Part shown: positions 1-10,332 of the stretch, piece by piece
Layout of the letters: every line of letters begins with the position of its first letter
Position numbering within the stretch: the first letter of the stretch is position 1
Assembly: GCA_965218975.1 (NCBI GenBank)
Contig: OZ244717.1
Location: 1,760,001 to 1,824,000, forward strand
Length of the DNA: 64,000 nucleotides
From: Candidatus Oxydemutatoraceae bacterium
GTDB taxonomy: Bacteria; Pseudomonadota; Gammaproteobacteria; Poriferisulfidales; Oxydemutatoraceae
Direction: 5' to 3'
Translations under genes and position numbers: made by a program
Notes under the pieces: model-generated
What the model saw: the letters and a program-made list of their open reading frames with translations, nothing else
What the model was told of the DNA's origin: nothing
Databases searched by the model: none

Positions 1-758
1 TTAGTAAAAATGACAAGAGAATTAAGACCTGCCTGTTCCAGGGCGCCGACAAATAACAATGTCGAGTCCATGCACGTGACAAGACGGTGACGCTTCACCT
101 CTTCGGGCAACCGAATCTTTTGACCTGCATCTTCAAAACTTGCGGGAGGCTCAGCGTACGTCAAGTCCTGCTTGACGACTGCCGACCAAATGGCATTGAC
201 CAGCTCACCTGTTCTCTTACGACTTTTTGACCGATAGCCGTCGAGCTTTGGATTACGCCCATTGGCTTCCAGTACCTTCGCTGCAGTTCGCAAAATTTCC
301 TGAATAAATGGAGAATTAGGTTGAACAAACGCTGCAAGAATTTCCGGCAGTTCCTTGGTGCCGCTCCATTCGTTGCGACTCAGAACTTCAGTATCACAAG
401 ATGCCGTAGCAAGGACTTCATCCCCTGATTTCAAAGTAAAGTAGTAAGTGCCCCTGACAGCCTCATTCACCTCCTCCAAAAAGTGCGGGTTGAGTTCAAT
501 CGCGCAGTCACGTAAAGAGTGCTCAGTACCAGATACTAGTCGATCGATATGCCATGTCTTGGTTTCAGCAAATTCCGGGCTAGCTGTAACGGTAAGCTTT
601 AAATCTTGATAGCTGACATCAGTGGGATTGAGCAACGTTATTTCACGAAGAACTGGTACTGAGTTTTGCTGGAGTGCCAAATTTACCTTGCCGGCAGCCG
701 TAACATGGATTGTTATGACTCGTTCGTCAGTCGCATTACCAGCAATCTCTGAAGTCAC
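1..758 (-). CDS. N-terminal part of a DUF4011/DUF3320-type superfamily I helicase (Hhe-like defence protein); runs off the window
   Basis: Not in the ORF track. Manual translation from GTG at 758 (RBS AGGAG upstream) is open to base 1: MTSEIAG...KVNLALQQNSVPVLREI...LAAFVQPN...YAEPPASFEDAGQKIRLP...TCMDSTLLFVGALEQAGLN, motifs typical of the N-terminus of DUF4011/DUF3320 helicases. Confidence 0.75.
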   Translation of the reverse strand, partial: MTSEIAGNATDERVITIHVTAAGKVNLALQQNSVPVLREITLLNPTDVSYQDLKLTVTASPEFAETKTWHIDRLVSGTEHSLRDCAIELNPHFLEEVNEAVRGTYYFTLKSGDEVLATASCDTEVLSRNEWSGTKELPEILAAFVQPNSPFIQEILRTAAKVLEANGRNPKLDGYRSKSRKRTGELVNAIWSAVVKQDLTYAEPPASFEDAGQKIRLPEEVKRHRLVTCMDSTLLFVGALEQAGLNSLVIFT

Positions 759-859
759 TTTTCTTCTCCTATAGGACATTCAGAAACACAAGAATGGCAT
801 TGAATTGTAGGTCCATGGATGATTTAGACTCAAGTTTTGAATTCGTATCAACACTAACT

Positions 860-900
860 TACGTTTTATTATATGCAATCTATAACATGATACTCTTTCT
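860..900 (+). repeat. 41-bp direct repeat, copy 1 (copy 2 at 1865-1905)
   Basis: tacgttttattatatgcaatctataacatgatactctttct vs tacgctttattatccgcaatctataacatgatactctttct; 3 mismatches, perfect 26-bp core. Confidence 0.85.
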
Positions 901-1502
901 GTATATGCCAGATATATATAGGACTCACGGCGCGACTCAAATATGCAATATCAGCACCGGCCACTGCATCAAAGGTTTTTGTACGAGCCAATTTAGCTAA
1001 CAAAATAAAGATTATGATGGGGAGGCTCATGGCAACCAGTGCCGACAAGAAACACGATACCCTCATTTTTTTGGGGTTTGTAACACACGACGTTTCCTGC
1101 CGATCTGTGACCGGCTTGTCGTTTCGGGGGAAACTACGGACCAGGATGTCACCGAGCGCATTCAAGGTCGGTCGTTCAACACTGTATGCATGGCGTCCTA
1201 TTGACAAGGAGAGTTGAGCAGTTTACGCGATCGCGGCAAAGCACCGCGCAAACAGCGGCGGCGGATCTGACCGTAGCCCGGCAAAGTACCTGTCGTCCAT
1301 GACGAGACTTGGTTCTGGCAATGAACCCCAGCCCCGACGTCCTTGTCGGGTCGTTCGCCGCTGAAAACCAATCGGTTTTCCGGGCGCGTCTCACCCTGCA
1401 CCACCCTCATGCCGATAACGAACAGTAAGCACCAATCCGAATATTACTGCCAAACGCCTCCCTCAAAGCCCTGCAAGAATCCCACCAGGGTGGCATCGTA
1501 CA
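900..1502 (+). mobile_element. Internally deleted IS481-like element
   Basis: Ends TGTATATGCCAGATA...GGGTGGCATCGTACA; HTH remnant AFKVGRSTLYAWR; homologous to 23541-24763 (opposite orientation); catalytic core absent. Confidence 0.75.
1279..1399 (+). repeat. ~122-bp palindromic module, copy a (inverted relative to copies b-e)
   Basis: Matches 23645-23766, 24134-24255, 24331-24452 and 41491-41612. Confidence 0.85.
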
Positions 1503-1534
1503 TTCTCCGGCGAAAAATCGGCTATATTAAAGGC

Positions 1535-1750
1535 ATGAGTACTACCGCACTTTACAAAGCATTAGTTGAAGCCGGTGCATCAAAGGATGCTGCTGAAAGA
1601 GCCGTCAAAGGTTTAGCGCATACGGAGGAGGGCGCTGCCAAAACCGATTTGGCAGAGCTCAAAGTTGAATTGATTAAATGGATGGTAGTGCTTACCGAAA
1701 TTATCATCGCCGCAGTCGGTTTTTTCTCCGATAATGGCTTAACCGATTAG
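1535..1750 (+). CDS. DUF1640/CCDC90-like small coiled-coil protein with C-terminal TM helix; solitary paralog of the 46-49 kb array
   Basis: MSTTALYKALVEAGASKDAAERAV...AAKTDLAELKVELIKWMVV...; same head as the array copies; likely start ATG 1535, 6 nt after TATATT. Confidence 0.75.
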   Translation: MSTTALYKALVEAGASKDAAERAVKGLAHTEEGAAKTDLAELKVELIKWMVVLTEIIIAAVGFFSDNGLTD

Positions 1751-1864
1751 CCGAACCTTCATAATCCGCGGCCACACTCATTTCCGGTCCGACGTGCATC
1801 CTCGCCCGATCAAACGTTAATCCCAAGCAATCCTCGAAAGTCCGGAATACATTGTACACGTACA

Positions 1865-1905
1865 TACGCTTTATTATCCGCAATCTATAACATGATACTC
1901 TTTCT
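1865..1905 (+). repeat. 41-bp direct repeat, copy 2
   Basis: See 860-900. Confidence 0.85.
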
Positions 1906-2016
1906 AGTAAATTCTTACATATACGAGATGCCTACTAGCTTTCGGTTCTTACTTTCACCAAACAGCAACGGTATGGAAATGACAAACTTGTGCAAAGATC
2001 AACCGGTATAAAAACC

Positions 2017-2091
2017 GGTGGAGCCAGGGAGAGTCGAACTCCCGACCTCCTGCATGCAAAGCAGGCGCTCTCCCAACTGAGCTATGGCCCC
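2017..2091 (-). tRNA. tRNA-Ala(TGC); 3' end reads ACCG, so CCA is not fully encoded
   Basis: GGGGCCATAGCTCAGTTGGGAGAGCGCCTGCTTTGCATGCAGGAGGTCGGGAGTTCGACTCTCCCTGGCTCCACC; cloverleaf with TGC anticodon. Confidence 0.96.
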
Positions 2092-2151
2092 GGATGTAAT
2101 GAACCAACGGCTAACGCGACTAGACATTGCTATTACTAAGCCTCATTCAAG

Positions 2152-2179
2152 ATTATCCATAATATGTAATGACTGTCAA
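2152..2179 (-). promoter_or_regulatory. Putative sigma70 promoter of tRNA-Ala
   Basis: TTGACA-N16-GATAAT on the minus strand upstream of the tRNA. Confidence 0.55.
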
Positions 2180-2231
2180 AATAAAGCGCCTTATACAGCC
2201 CCATTTCAACGCTCGGAATGAGACCGGAAAT

Positions 2232-2894
2232 TCAATCTCGCTTTAGCGTTTGCATAAATTTACGATGTTCACGAGATTCCTCTTCAGTCGCGCGAATAAC
2301 AATAAAGTCAGTATGCCGCCGACTAGCTTGTGTTGTAGTATTATGCCGAACATTATGTTTCAATTGCATAGAAACTTGACCGCTGGTCATTGCTAAATAT
2401 ACTTTTAACAGTAATTCAGCATCCAGCAGAGCGTTATGTTTATCGCGCATTGAATAATCAACCTGATAGCGACGACAAAGATCATTCAATCTATTGTGCA
2501 TATTCGGATGTAGTTCACGTGCCAACTTTAATGTATCCGATACCTGACAATCGGTTTCTGCGGTGAAACATCGACGCCCCATTTGTTTCAATTCGGCGTC
2601 CAAAAATCCAATATCGAACTCTGCATTATGCGCGAGAATTTCGGCGCCCCTAACAAATCCAAGAAAACTATCACAAATGTCGGCAAACCGCGGTTGACCA
2701 TCCAAATGCTTTCGTGTGATGCGATGTATCTGTAACGCGCGACTGTCGATACCGCGTTCCGGATTGATCAGACGATAGTAACTTTCCCCTTGACAACGGT
2801 CAATCAATTCAACGCAACCGATTTCAATAATACGATGGCCTTCGGTAACTTCCAGACCGGTTGTTTCCGTATCCAAAATAATTTGCCTTGCCAT
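2232..2894 (-). CDS. dnaQ: DNA polymerase III epsilon subunit
   Basis: LDTETTG, HNAEFD and HNALLDA DEDDh motifs; adjacent to rnhA. Confidence 0.97.
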   Translation of the reverse strand: MARQIILDTETTGLEVTEGHRIIEIGCVELIDRCQGESYYRLINPERGIDSRALQIHRITRKHLDGQPRFADICDSFLGFVRGAEILAHNAEFDIGFLDAELKQMGRRCFTAETDCQVSDTLKLARELHPNMHNRLNDLCRRYQVDYSMRDKHNALLDAELLLKVYLAMTSGQVSMQLKHNVRHNTTTQASRRHTDFIVIRATEEESREHRKFMQTLKRD

Positions 2895-2896
2895 AA

Positions 2897-3352
2897 TTAT
2901 TTCTCGCCGGTTCCCAACAATTGATTTAAATATTCATTGGCAATCGCATCGGCACGCTCATTTTCTGGATTGCCGCTATGACCTCTGACCCATCCCCAAT
3001 CAATCGAATGTTTGGCCACCAACATATCCAAGCGTTTCCATAAATCCTCATTTTTGACCGGTTTGCGATTGGATGTTTTCCAATTATTTTGTTTCCATTG
3101 TGCTAACCACCGGGTAACTCCTTCTTGCAGATAACGGGAGTCGGTTATTAGACAAATCGGGCAACGACGTCGAACTCGCGATAAAGCTTCAATTGCCGCG
3201 GTTAATTCCATTCGGTTATTTGTAGTTTCCGCTTCAACACCGCCAAACTCCTTGATAATGCCGTCATAAACCATCAGTACACCCCAACTGCCAGGCCCCG
3301 GATTACCGCGGCAGGCGCCATCAGTGTAGATGTACAGCTTCTTGTCGGACAT
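2897..3352 (-). CDS. rnhA: Ribonuclease HI
   Basis: YTDGACRGNPGPG, TTNNRMELTAAI, WVRGHSGNPENERAD. Confidence 0.98.
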   Translation of the reverse strand: MSDKKLYIYTDGACRGNPGPGSWGVLMVYDGIIKEFGGVEAETTNNRMELTAAIEALSRVRRRCPICLITDSRYLQEGVTRWLAQWKQNNWKTSNRKPVKNEDLWKRLDMLVAKHSIDWGWVRGHSGNPENERADAIANEYLNQLLGTGEK

Positions 3353-4070
3353 TGGGAATATCTAATGTTGTCGGTTGCGCAACGTGTTTTTTTAAGAATG
3401 TCGGTCGCCATGCTTTGCCAACAGGTTTTAACGACGATACACGTTTACTCGCAAATAAAGCGCTTACGCTGTATAACAGCGGCAAGTAATCAATAAATTT
3501 CCAAGACAACTTAAATAGATGAGCACCCGTTCCAATCGGAACTAAGGCATGATGCACGGCTTCCATATCAAAACCCAAAACTGAAAGCCAGTCCTGAATC
3601 CGATACGCCGAATAGAAATGCCCGCACCACGGCGCTCGTGCCCGGCGGTGAAATAATTTACCGACTACCTGCCAACCATAAGGATTAAAGGAAATAATTA
3701 ATAATTTACCTTCCGGAATCAATACCCGATCGATTTCACGCAACAAGCTATGCGGATTCTCTATAAATTCTAAGACATGGCATACGGCGATGAAATCCAA
3801 ACTTTCCGAATCAATCGGCAAGTTTTCAAAATCGGTAACGACCAAAGAACGTATGGCGCCAAAACGAAATCTCATTGGGATATTCTTTGCATGAAACCAA
3901 TCTTTGCTCTGATCCAGCAAACTAATTTCCGCCGCATAATAACCAAAACATCCGTCCAACCAATGATGGAATAAAGTCTGAATCTGCGCAAGCAACACTT
4001 GTCGATGTTTTACCTGATACCAATCCGATAACTGCCGCGCAATATTTTGGCGTTGGAACTGACTTATCAT
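3321..4070 (-). CDS. YafS-like SAM-dependent methyltransferase (type 11)
   Basis: LPIDSESLD...HVLEF..NPHSLLREIDRVLIPEG...FNP; conserved position upstream of rnhA. Confidence 0.85.
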   Translation of the reverse strand: MISQFQRQNIARQLSDWYQVKHRQVLLAQIQTLFHHWLDGCFGYYAAEISLLDQSKDWFHAKNIPMRFRFGAIRSLVVTDFENLPIDSESLDFIAVCHVLEFIENPHSLLREIDRVLIPEGKLLIISFNPYGWQVVGKLFHRRARAPWCGHFYSAYRIQDWLSVLGFDMEAVHHALVPIGTGAHLFKLSWKFIDYLPLLYSVSALFASKRVSSLKPVGKAWRPTFLKKHVAQPTTLDIPNVRQEAVHLH

Positions 4071-4078
4071 CGAAGATA

Positions 4079-5710
4079 TTATGCCGCAGCCAACCTCGGT
4101 ACGGAAGCAAGCAAAGTTTTAGTATAAGTTTCAATCGGTTGATTCAATACCGACATTGTTTCACCCGACTCAACAATCTTCCCTTTGCGCATCACCGCAA
4201 TCGAATGCGCCATGTAAGCAACCACCGCGATATCATGCGTAATAAACAAATAACTTAATCCCTGCTCCCGCTGCAATTCATGTAGCAGATCAAGAATCTG
4301 CGCTTGTATGGAAACATCTAAGGAACTAGTCGGTTCATCACAAATTAGTAATTCCGGTTCAACCGCGAGTGCGCGCGCAATACATAATCGTTGGCGCTGT
4401 CCGCCGGAAAATTCATGCGGATACCGCTGTATAACGTTATTTAAACCGACTTTACGTAATAGCCATAATACCTTTTTATCCATCTCAGCTTCTTTCGCAT
4501 ATAAAGTTTGCGCGCGCATCCCTTCTTTAATAATCTCTCCGACTGTCAACTTCGGATTCATCGATGCAAACGGATCTTGTAGAACCACCTGCACTTTTTG
4601 CCTGAATTGACGGACCGCTTTGCCTCGCAAATTATCTAAATCTTGTCTTTGAAATAAAATTGTCCCCGTTCGGTTATCAACTAATCGCAGTATCGCCTTG
4701 GCAACAGTCGTCTTACCGCTCCCTGACTCACCGACCAACGCCAACGTTTGACCTTTCTTCAATTCAAATGAAACACCGTCTACTGCTCGAACATAACCGG
4801 TAACTCTGCGGAATATGCCGGAACGCACCGGAAAATGAACCGACAAATCTCGTACGGCTAGAATGTTTTGATCGCGCACATTCTGCTCCGTTTCGATCAT
4901 TGATCGGCTATTCCCGGATAAAACGACAGCACGCTTATCTAAGGTCAGAACCGCTCGTAATAAACAACGGCTGTAAGGATGAGTCAGCTGATGAAACGAT
5001 ACGCTATCAGAATGTTCAATAATCCGTCCGTCGCGCATAATGGCAAGGCTGTCCGCCACATTAGCGACAATTGCCAAATCATGCGAAATAAACAACATAG
5101 CCATACCCAGACGTTTTTGCAAAGTTTTCAGTAATGCAAGGACTTGGGCCTGCACCGTTACGTCGAGAGCCGTCGTCGGTTCGTCAGCAATCAGTAGTTG
5201 CGGATCACCGGCAATTGCAATTGCAATGACGGCACGCTGCTTCATCCCGCCGGATAATTCGTGCGGGTACGACTTGATAACACGTCGCGGGGCGTCAATC
5301 CCCACATGATCAAGCAGCTTCTCAACTTCTTTTTGTAATGCGTGGCGATACGTGTTTTTACATAAACGTAAAACTTCGCTAATCTGCTGCCCTATCGTAA
5401 AAACCGGATTTAATGCGGTGGCGGGCTCTTGAAATATAAAGGATATTTTCTTTCCGCGAATATGCTCCATTTGCGATTCCGGTGTCCTTAGCAAATCGGC
5501 GCCGCAAAAATGAATACTGCCGCTATAAAAACGAATGGCTCGAGGCAATAAGCGAACCACTGACAAAGCGCTCAACGTCTTCCCCGAACCTGATTCACCG
5601 AGCAAAGCAAAAGTCTTCCCTCGATGCACTTCAAAATTGACGTCATGCAGCAGACATTGATTCTCCAAGCCGACGCTTAAATTGGTAACCTGCAATAATG
5701 CTTGTGTCAT
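4079..5710 (-). CDS. Peptide ABC transporter, fused double ATP-binding subunit
   Basis: Two GESGSGKT Walker A motifs, LSGGMKQR and FSGGQRQR signatures, DEPT. Confidence 0.95.
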   Translation of the reverse strand: MTQALLQVTNLSVGLENQCLLHDVNFEVHRGKTFALLGESGSGKTLSALSVVRLLPRAIRFYSGSIHFCGADLLRTPESQMEHIRGKKISFIFQEPATALNPVFTIGQQISEVLRLCKNTYRHALQKEVEKLLDHVGIDAPRRVIKSYPHELSGGMKQRAVIAIAIAGDPQLLIADEPTTALDVTVQAQVLALLKTLQKRLGMAMLFISHDLAIVANVADSLAIMRDGRIIEHSDSVSFHQLTHPYSRCLLRAVLTLDKRAVVLSGNSRSMIETEQNVRDQNILAVRDLSVHFPVRSGIFRRVTGYVRAVDGVSFELKKGQTLALVGESGSGKTTVAKAILRLVDNRTGTILFQRQDLDNLRGKAVRQFRQKVQVVLQDPFASMNPKLTVGEIIKEGMRAQTLYAKEAEMDKKVLWLLRKVGLNNVIQRYPHEFSGGQRQRLCIARALAVEPELLICDEPTSSLDVSIQAQILDLLHELQREQGLSYLFITHDIAVVAYMAHSIAVMRKGKIVESGETMSVLNQPIETYTKTLLASVPRLAAA

Positions 5711-7116
5711 TATTGGGTCGACAGATATGGATCAAAGGCATCGCGGACCGCATCCGCCAGCAGATTCGCGCACAGTACCAAAACAAACATAAAGCCAAAA
5801 GCGGCGCACAGCGACCACCAAACAACCGGTTCACGCGCCATTTCTAATCGCGCACCGTTAATCATATTGCCCCAACTGAACATCGTCGGGTCCACTCCGA
5901 TATTCACGTAGGAAAGAACTGCTTCCGCCAACACCAATCCGCTAAAATCCAAAGCAATCGTGATAAATACAATGTGCATAACATTCGGCAGAATATGACG
6001 TAAAATCGTTCTGATTTTTCCAACGCCCAGCGCTTGCGCAGCAGTAATGTAATCCATACTTTTGACCTTTAGGGTCTCGGCACGAAGCAAACGGCAAAGC
6101 CCTGTCCAACTAGTGATTCCAAGTATGATGCACAGAAACAACAAACGAGTATCGGCACGCACCACTAAATTATTAAAGCTATCTTCATGTTGATTCATAT
6201 GCAAGTGTAGCATTAACACTCCGGCAGCAATCAATAACACTCCGGGGATGGAATTCAGTGTGGTATAAATATATTGAATCACATCATCCGCTCGCCCTAA
6301 AAAGTAGCCGGCGGTGATACCAAGGAATAAAGCAAAAGGCAGCATCACCAGAGTCGTTAAAGTACCGATTAAAACTCCGGTACGGATACTTTTAATCGCT
6401 TGATAAAAAACATCTTCGCCTACTTTATCGGTACCGAGAATATGATATTTGGACGACAACTGTATACAAATAAAGCAAACTGCTAGTATAGCTAGGAGCG
6501 TAAAAAACGCGGTTCGCCATGGAATAAACCGGGGGTCTGAAAAAAAAATCCGAAGCTGTGACGTTAGCGCTATCCTGCGTCGCATCGCATAAATAAAATT
6601 CAACAATAGCAGCAATATAGCTCCGGCCGAAGCTGCCTTGAAAATACCGCTGATCGTTAACCGAGATATATCCGGCCATCGTTGATCAACTCGCTCTAGG
6701 TGAGCGCCGCCGAATTGCAGGCGCGGATAATCACGTTGGGCTGTGCCGTCACCGACATTCTCCTTCACATAAGCATGTAACGCAAAAGGGCTGGAATAAG
6801 TTTTTTCTTTCTGTTTGCGTAGCAAAGTCAAAATCCAATCTAAAACACTCAAAACTTCATTAGAATATGTCGCTTCTTGAGTGGCGACCTGATTTATCGA
6901 TATAGCTGAAAGCCGCGGTCGAAAATGTAAGGAGTCAAGCAAAGCAGTCAAAACATAGAAAACGATGACCGATAAGGAGATCACCGCAACTCTGCTTTGT
7001 GCAAGATTTTGCCAAGGCCTAAGCAAGTGAGGCCGACTAATTGCGTAAATGAAATAAGCGCCAATCGAACCAATCAAGAGAAAAAACAGAAAATCGGTGG
7101 CAAGTATAACCGGCAT
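5710..7116 (-). CDS. Peptide ABC transporter permease (DppC/OppC-like)
   Basis: LGTDKVGEDV, EAA-like loop DYITAAQALG...RHILPN, several TM helices. Confidence 0.93.
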   Translation of the reverse strand: MPVILATDFLFFLLIGSIGAYFIYAISRPHLLRPWQNLAQSRVAVISLSVIVFYVLTALLDSLHFRPRLSAISINQVATQEATYSNEVLSVLDWILTLLRKQKEKTYSSPFALHAYVKENVGDGTAQRDYPRLQFGGAHLERVDQRWPDISRLTISGIFKAASAGAILLLLLNFIYAMRRRIALTSQLRIFFSDPRFIPWRTAFFTLLAILAVCFICIQLSSKYHILGTDKVGEDVFYQAIKSIRTGVLIGTLTTLVMLPFALFLGITAGYFLGRADDVIQYIYTTLNSIPGVLLIAAGVLMLHLHMNQHEDSFNNLVVRADTRLLFLCIILGITSWTGLCRLLRAETLKVKSMDYITAAQALGVGKIRTILRHILPNVMHIVFITIALDFSGLVLAEAVLSYVNIGVDPTMFSWGNMINGARLEMAREPVVWWSLCAAFGFMFVLVLCANLLADAVRDAFDPYLSTQ

Positions 7117-7120
7117 CGTC

Positions 7121-8098
7121 CTAACTCAAACGCACTCGCGGATCAACAATGGCATAAGAGATGTCTGTCAACAACAAACCCAGAATGTATAGCATCGCTC
7201 CCAAAAAAACCATTGAGCGTACAATTGAAAAATCCTGCCGCAAGATAGCATCGATCGTATAACTGCCCAATCCTGGAATGCTGAAAAATGATTCGGTAAT
7301 TAAACTACCCATAAAAAGCAAAGGAAGAATCACTACCACACCGGTTAGAATCGGAATCAGCGAATTGCGCAGGACATGGCGGAATAATATGTTAAGCTCG
7401 CTCAATCCTTTCGCCCTCGCCAAACGCACATAGTCCTTACCGAATTCTTCCAGAAAAATCGTGCGATACCACCGCCCGCCGGCGCCGATTCCGCTAACGA
7501 CTCCGATGATGATCGGCAGCGCTAAAAATTTAATGGCTTCCCAACCGTCGGTATAACCGGAAACCGGAACCAATTTTAACAATTTCGCAACCAAGTATTG
7601 TCCGCCGATGATATAGAATAGGCCTGAAATTGACATCAGTGCGATACATAAAATCACCGAACTAAAATCAACATAAGTCGCTCGAAAAAAGACCATCAAA
7701 AGCGCAAAACTGATATTGACCAGCAGCCCAACCAGTAAAGTCGGCACGGCAATCATAAGGCTTGGCCACATTCGCTGCTTGATATCCCTGCCTATATCCC
7801 GTCCGCTATCGGAAATTCCAAAGTCAAACACCAAGAGGCGGAGCGATTCGTTAAAAAAAACTGTGTCGGTAAACTTTTCCAAGCCGGGTGATCGCTTAGA
7901 GTAAATGAGCGGCTTATTGTAGCCGCGTTCTTCCTTCCATGTTTCAATTTGTTCCTGAGTAATATGTCGATGCCCCAAATTCATTCGGGCGACATCATCA
8001 GGCGAATTGACAACAAAGAATAGTAAAAAAGTCAAAACATTCACTCCCAATAGAATCGGAGCGGCATAAATCACGCGGCGTAAAACGTAGGCAGTCAT
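7121..8098 (-). CDS. Peptide ABC transporter permease (DppB/OppB-like)
   Basis: DYVRLARAKGL...RHVLRN, ESFFSIPGLG, C-terminal DPRV. Confidence 0.95.
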   Translation of the reverse strand: MTAYVLRRVIYAAPILLGVNVLTFLLFFVVNSPDDVARMNLGHRHITQEQIETWKEERGYNKPLIYSKRSPGLEKFTDTVFFNESLRLLVFDFGISDSGRDIGRDIKQRMWPSLMIAVPTLLVGLLVNISFALLMVFFRATYVDFSSVILCIALMSISGLFYIIGGQYLVAKLLKLVPVSGYTDGWEAIKFLALPIIIGVVSGIGAGGRWYRTIFLEEFGKDYVRLARAKGLSELNILFRHVLRNSLIPILTGVVVILPLLFMGSLITESFFSIPGLGSYTIDAILRQDFSIVRSMVFLGAMLYILGLLLTDISYAIVDPRVRLS

Positions 8099-10281
8099 AG
8101 TGCGGTTTGATTACGGCGAAGATAGTACACGCGAATGGCTGGCAATAAAAATATCACCAGCAAAAAAACAACCCATACTAAAGGCTGAATAACCGGCCGA
8201 TTCCATTCGGCAACGTATTGCGCACGGCGTTCGGCATCAATCCGTTGATACTTCAACGTGTTATTTGCCATCAAGTTCGGCTTGAAATTCCGATACCAGT
8301 CGTAATGCAATATAAATGATTTCGGATGAAACCCCCAAATCCATGGCGCGTCATGACGTAGAATTTCAATCATCTCATTGATCACTTGTCGGCGCAATGA
8401 TGTGTTTGGCATACTTTTCATCTGTTCGTAGAGACGATCGAATTGAGGGTTTTGATAATTAGCCGCATTCTCTCCGCCGCCTTTCGCCTTAGCATGAGGG
8501 CCATATAATAAAAAAAAGAAATTTTCAGGGTCCGGATAATCTGCGTTCCATCCCCAACGGAAAATTTGTGCATTCCCATTTAACATTTTGTCCTGAAATC
8601 GATTATAGTCGGTATTACGAATTACCAATTGAATATCTAGTTTGGCAAACTGCTTGCGGAGCCAACTTAAAAAGGACTTGGCATCCGGGCCTGAACCTAT
8701 AGAATCAAAGTACAATATAAGAGCTTGGCCGGTTCTTTGATCAATGCCATTTGCGTAACCTGCCTCCCGTAACAAGCGGCGGGCTTCATCAAGCGATTTA
8801 CGTTGCAGCGTCTTTGATGAGGCGACACGGTCATAAACATAACGATTAAAATCGCTTTGATCGTAGCCAAAAATTTCAGGCGGGAGCGGGCTTTGCGCGG
8901 CAAGTCCTCTGCCGTTTAAGAAGATTGAAATAAACTCTTCCATGTCGACTGCGATAGACAATGCGCGGCGTAATTTAACCGCTCGTTCATTCAAACCGCC
9001 TACCACAGGATCAAGCATATTGAATCCGATATAAATCACCGAACTAGTAATCGCGGTTTGCATTATGATGCCTTTTTTATTCATTTCATCAGTTAAAGAA
9101 AATTCACCGTCCACGCGTACTCGAACCGCTTGATCAAAACTATCCGAAGTCAATCCGGACCGATCGTAATACCCTTGCAGAAATTTATTCCAGTACGGTA
9201 TATCCTCTTTCTCAAGACTAAAAACAACTTCGTCAATAAAGGGCAACTGCTTGCCGCTGTCAACCAACAAACTACGCGCCGAATCGCCCTGCACACCTCC
9301 GACCGGATAAGTTTCGGTATGGAAGTTCGGGTTACGCTTCAACATCATGCGCAAATTAGGATTATTTTCCACTAGCATATAAGCGCCGCTGCCGACGGGG
9401 TACCAATTTAAAGTGATGTTGCTTTCCTGCAATTCCGGCTGGCTGTAAAAGTAATCGGCTTCCCAGGGCATCGGCGCAAAAAAAGGCATTGCCAGCCAGT
9501 ATATAAACTGCGGATAATCGCTGCTCACTGTAATTCGATAGCGATAGCGATCAAGCACTTTCACTCCCGGCATATCAATCTTGCGTAAATCCAACCACTT
9601 ATCTGAATTTAATAATTTACGTTCGGATCGAACTTTCTCCCTGAATTCGGCGAAGCCGGAAACATGTTCGGCGAATAAACTTGCAACCGGGCTATGTAAT
9701 GCAGGGTCTGCAAGTCGTTTAATTTGATAAACATAGTCTGCCGCTGTCAGCTCGCGAGTGCCGGTTTCAGGAAAATCTGCTATACCGTAGACTGAATCTG
9801 TCTGTTGCGGTGATATTGGAATATAGCGGAATTGCCCGTCCGCGGAGCGGGCAAATGCCGGATGCGGCTGATAAAAAATATCGGGCTTAAGTGTAATTTC
9901 ATATACGCTCCGAAGCGCAAGGGTGGCATCTTCAGTCCGTTGTTCATCGGCGGTTAAGTGATACACTTGTGGTAGCGTTTGTGCCGTTAACGGCACTAGC
10001 TGGTACGGTCTCTTTAAGTAGTGGTATTGTAGTGGCGGTTCATAAACTTGGGCAATAATCGCATATTCATTAGAACTGTAGGAACGCGCCGGATCAAGAA
10101 ATTTCGGACGCTCTGAAAATGCCGTATACAAAATATTTTTCTCGAAATTGGAATGCGGATTATTCCAAGCGCGATCGCAAGAAGTTAGTGCCAGAATAGC
10201 GAGCACACAAGCCGTACTGCTTTTTGCAAAATTTAATCGATGATATTTATTGGTGTACAATGGTCCGGCCACTTCTATCAT
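8095..10281 (-). CDS. Peptide ABC transporter substrate-binding lipoprotein (family 5)
   Basis: Lipobox-like LALTSC, LDPARSYS, PVGSGAY, GWNADYPDPENF; start uncertain (ATG 10281 chosen to avoid overlap with the divergent ORF). Confidence 0.9.
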   Translation of the reverse strand: MIEVAGPLYTNKYHRLNFAKSSTACVLAILALTSCDRAWNNPHSNFEKNILYTAFSERPKFLDPARSYSSNEYAIIAQVYEPPLQYHYLKRPYQLVPLTAQTLPQVYHLTADEQRTEDATLALRSVYEITLKPDIFYQPHPAFARSADGQFRYIPISPQQTDSVYGIADFPETGTRELTAADYVYQIKRLADPALHSPVASLFAEHVSGFAEFREKVRSERKLLNSDKWLDLRKIDMPGVKVLDRYRYRITVSSDYPQFIYWLAMPFFAPMPWEADYFYSQPELQESNITLNWYPVGSGAYMLVENNPNLRMMLKRNPNFHTETYPVGGVQGDSARSLLVDSGKQLPFIDEVVFSLEKEDIPYWNKFLQGYYDRSGLTSDSFDQAVRVRVDGEFSLTDEMNKKGIIMQTAITSSVIYIGFNMLDPVVGGLNERAVKLRRALSIAVDMEEFISIFLNGRGLAAQSPLPPEIFGYDQSDFNRYVYDRVASSKTLQRKSLDEARRLLREAGYANGIDQRTGQALILYFDSIGSGPDAKSFLSWLRKQFAKLDIQLVIRNTDYNRFQDKMLNGNAQIFRWGWNADYPDPENFFFLLYGPHAKAKGGGENAANYQNPQFDRLYEQMKSMPNTSLRRQVINEMIEILRHDAPWIWGFHPKSFILHYDWYRNFKPNLMANNTLKYQRIDAERRAQYVAEWNRPVIQPLVWVVFLLVIFLLPAIRVYYLRRNQTAL

Positions 10282-10332
10282 TAGATAATAAACATATCCT
10301 AAACTCATAACCGACAAATTGGCAATCGACTT

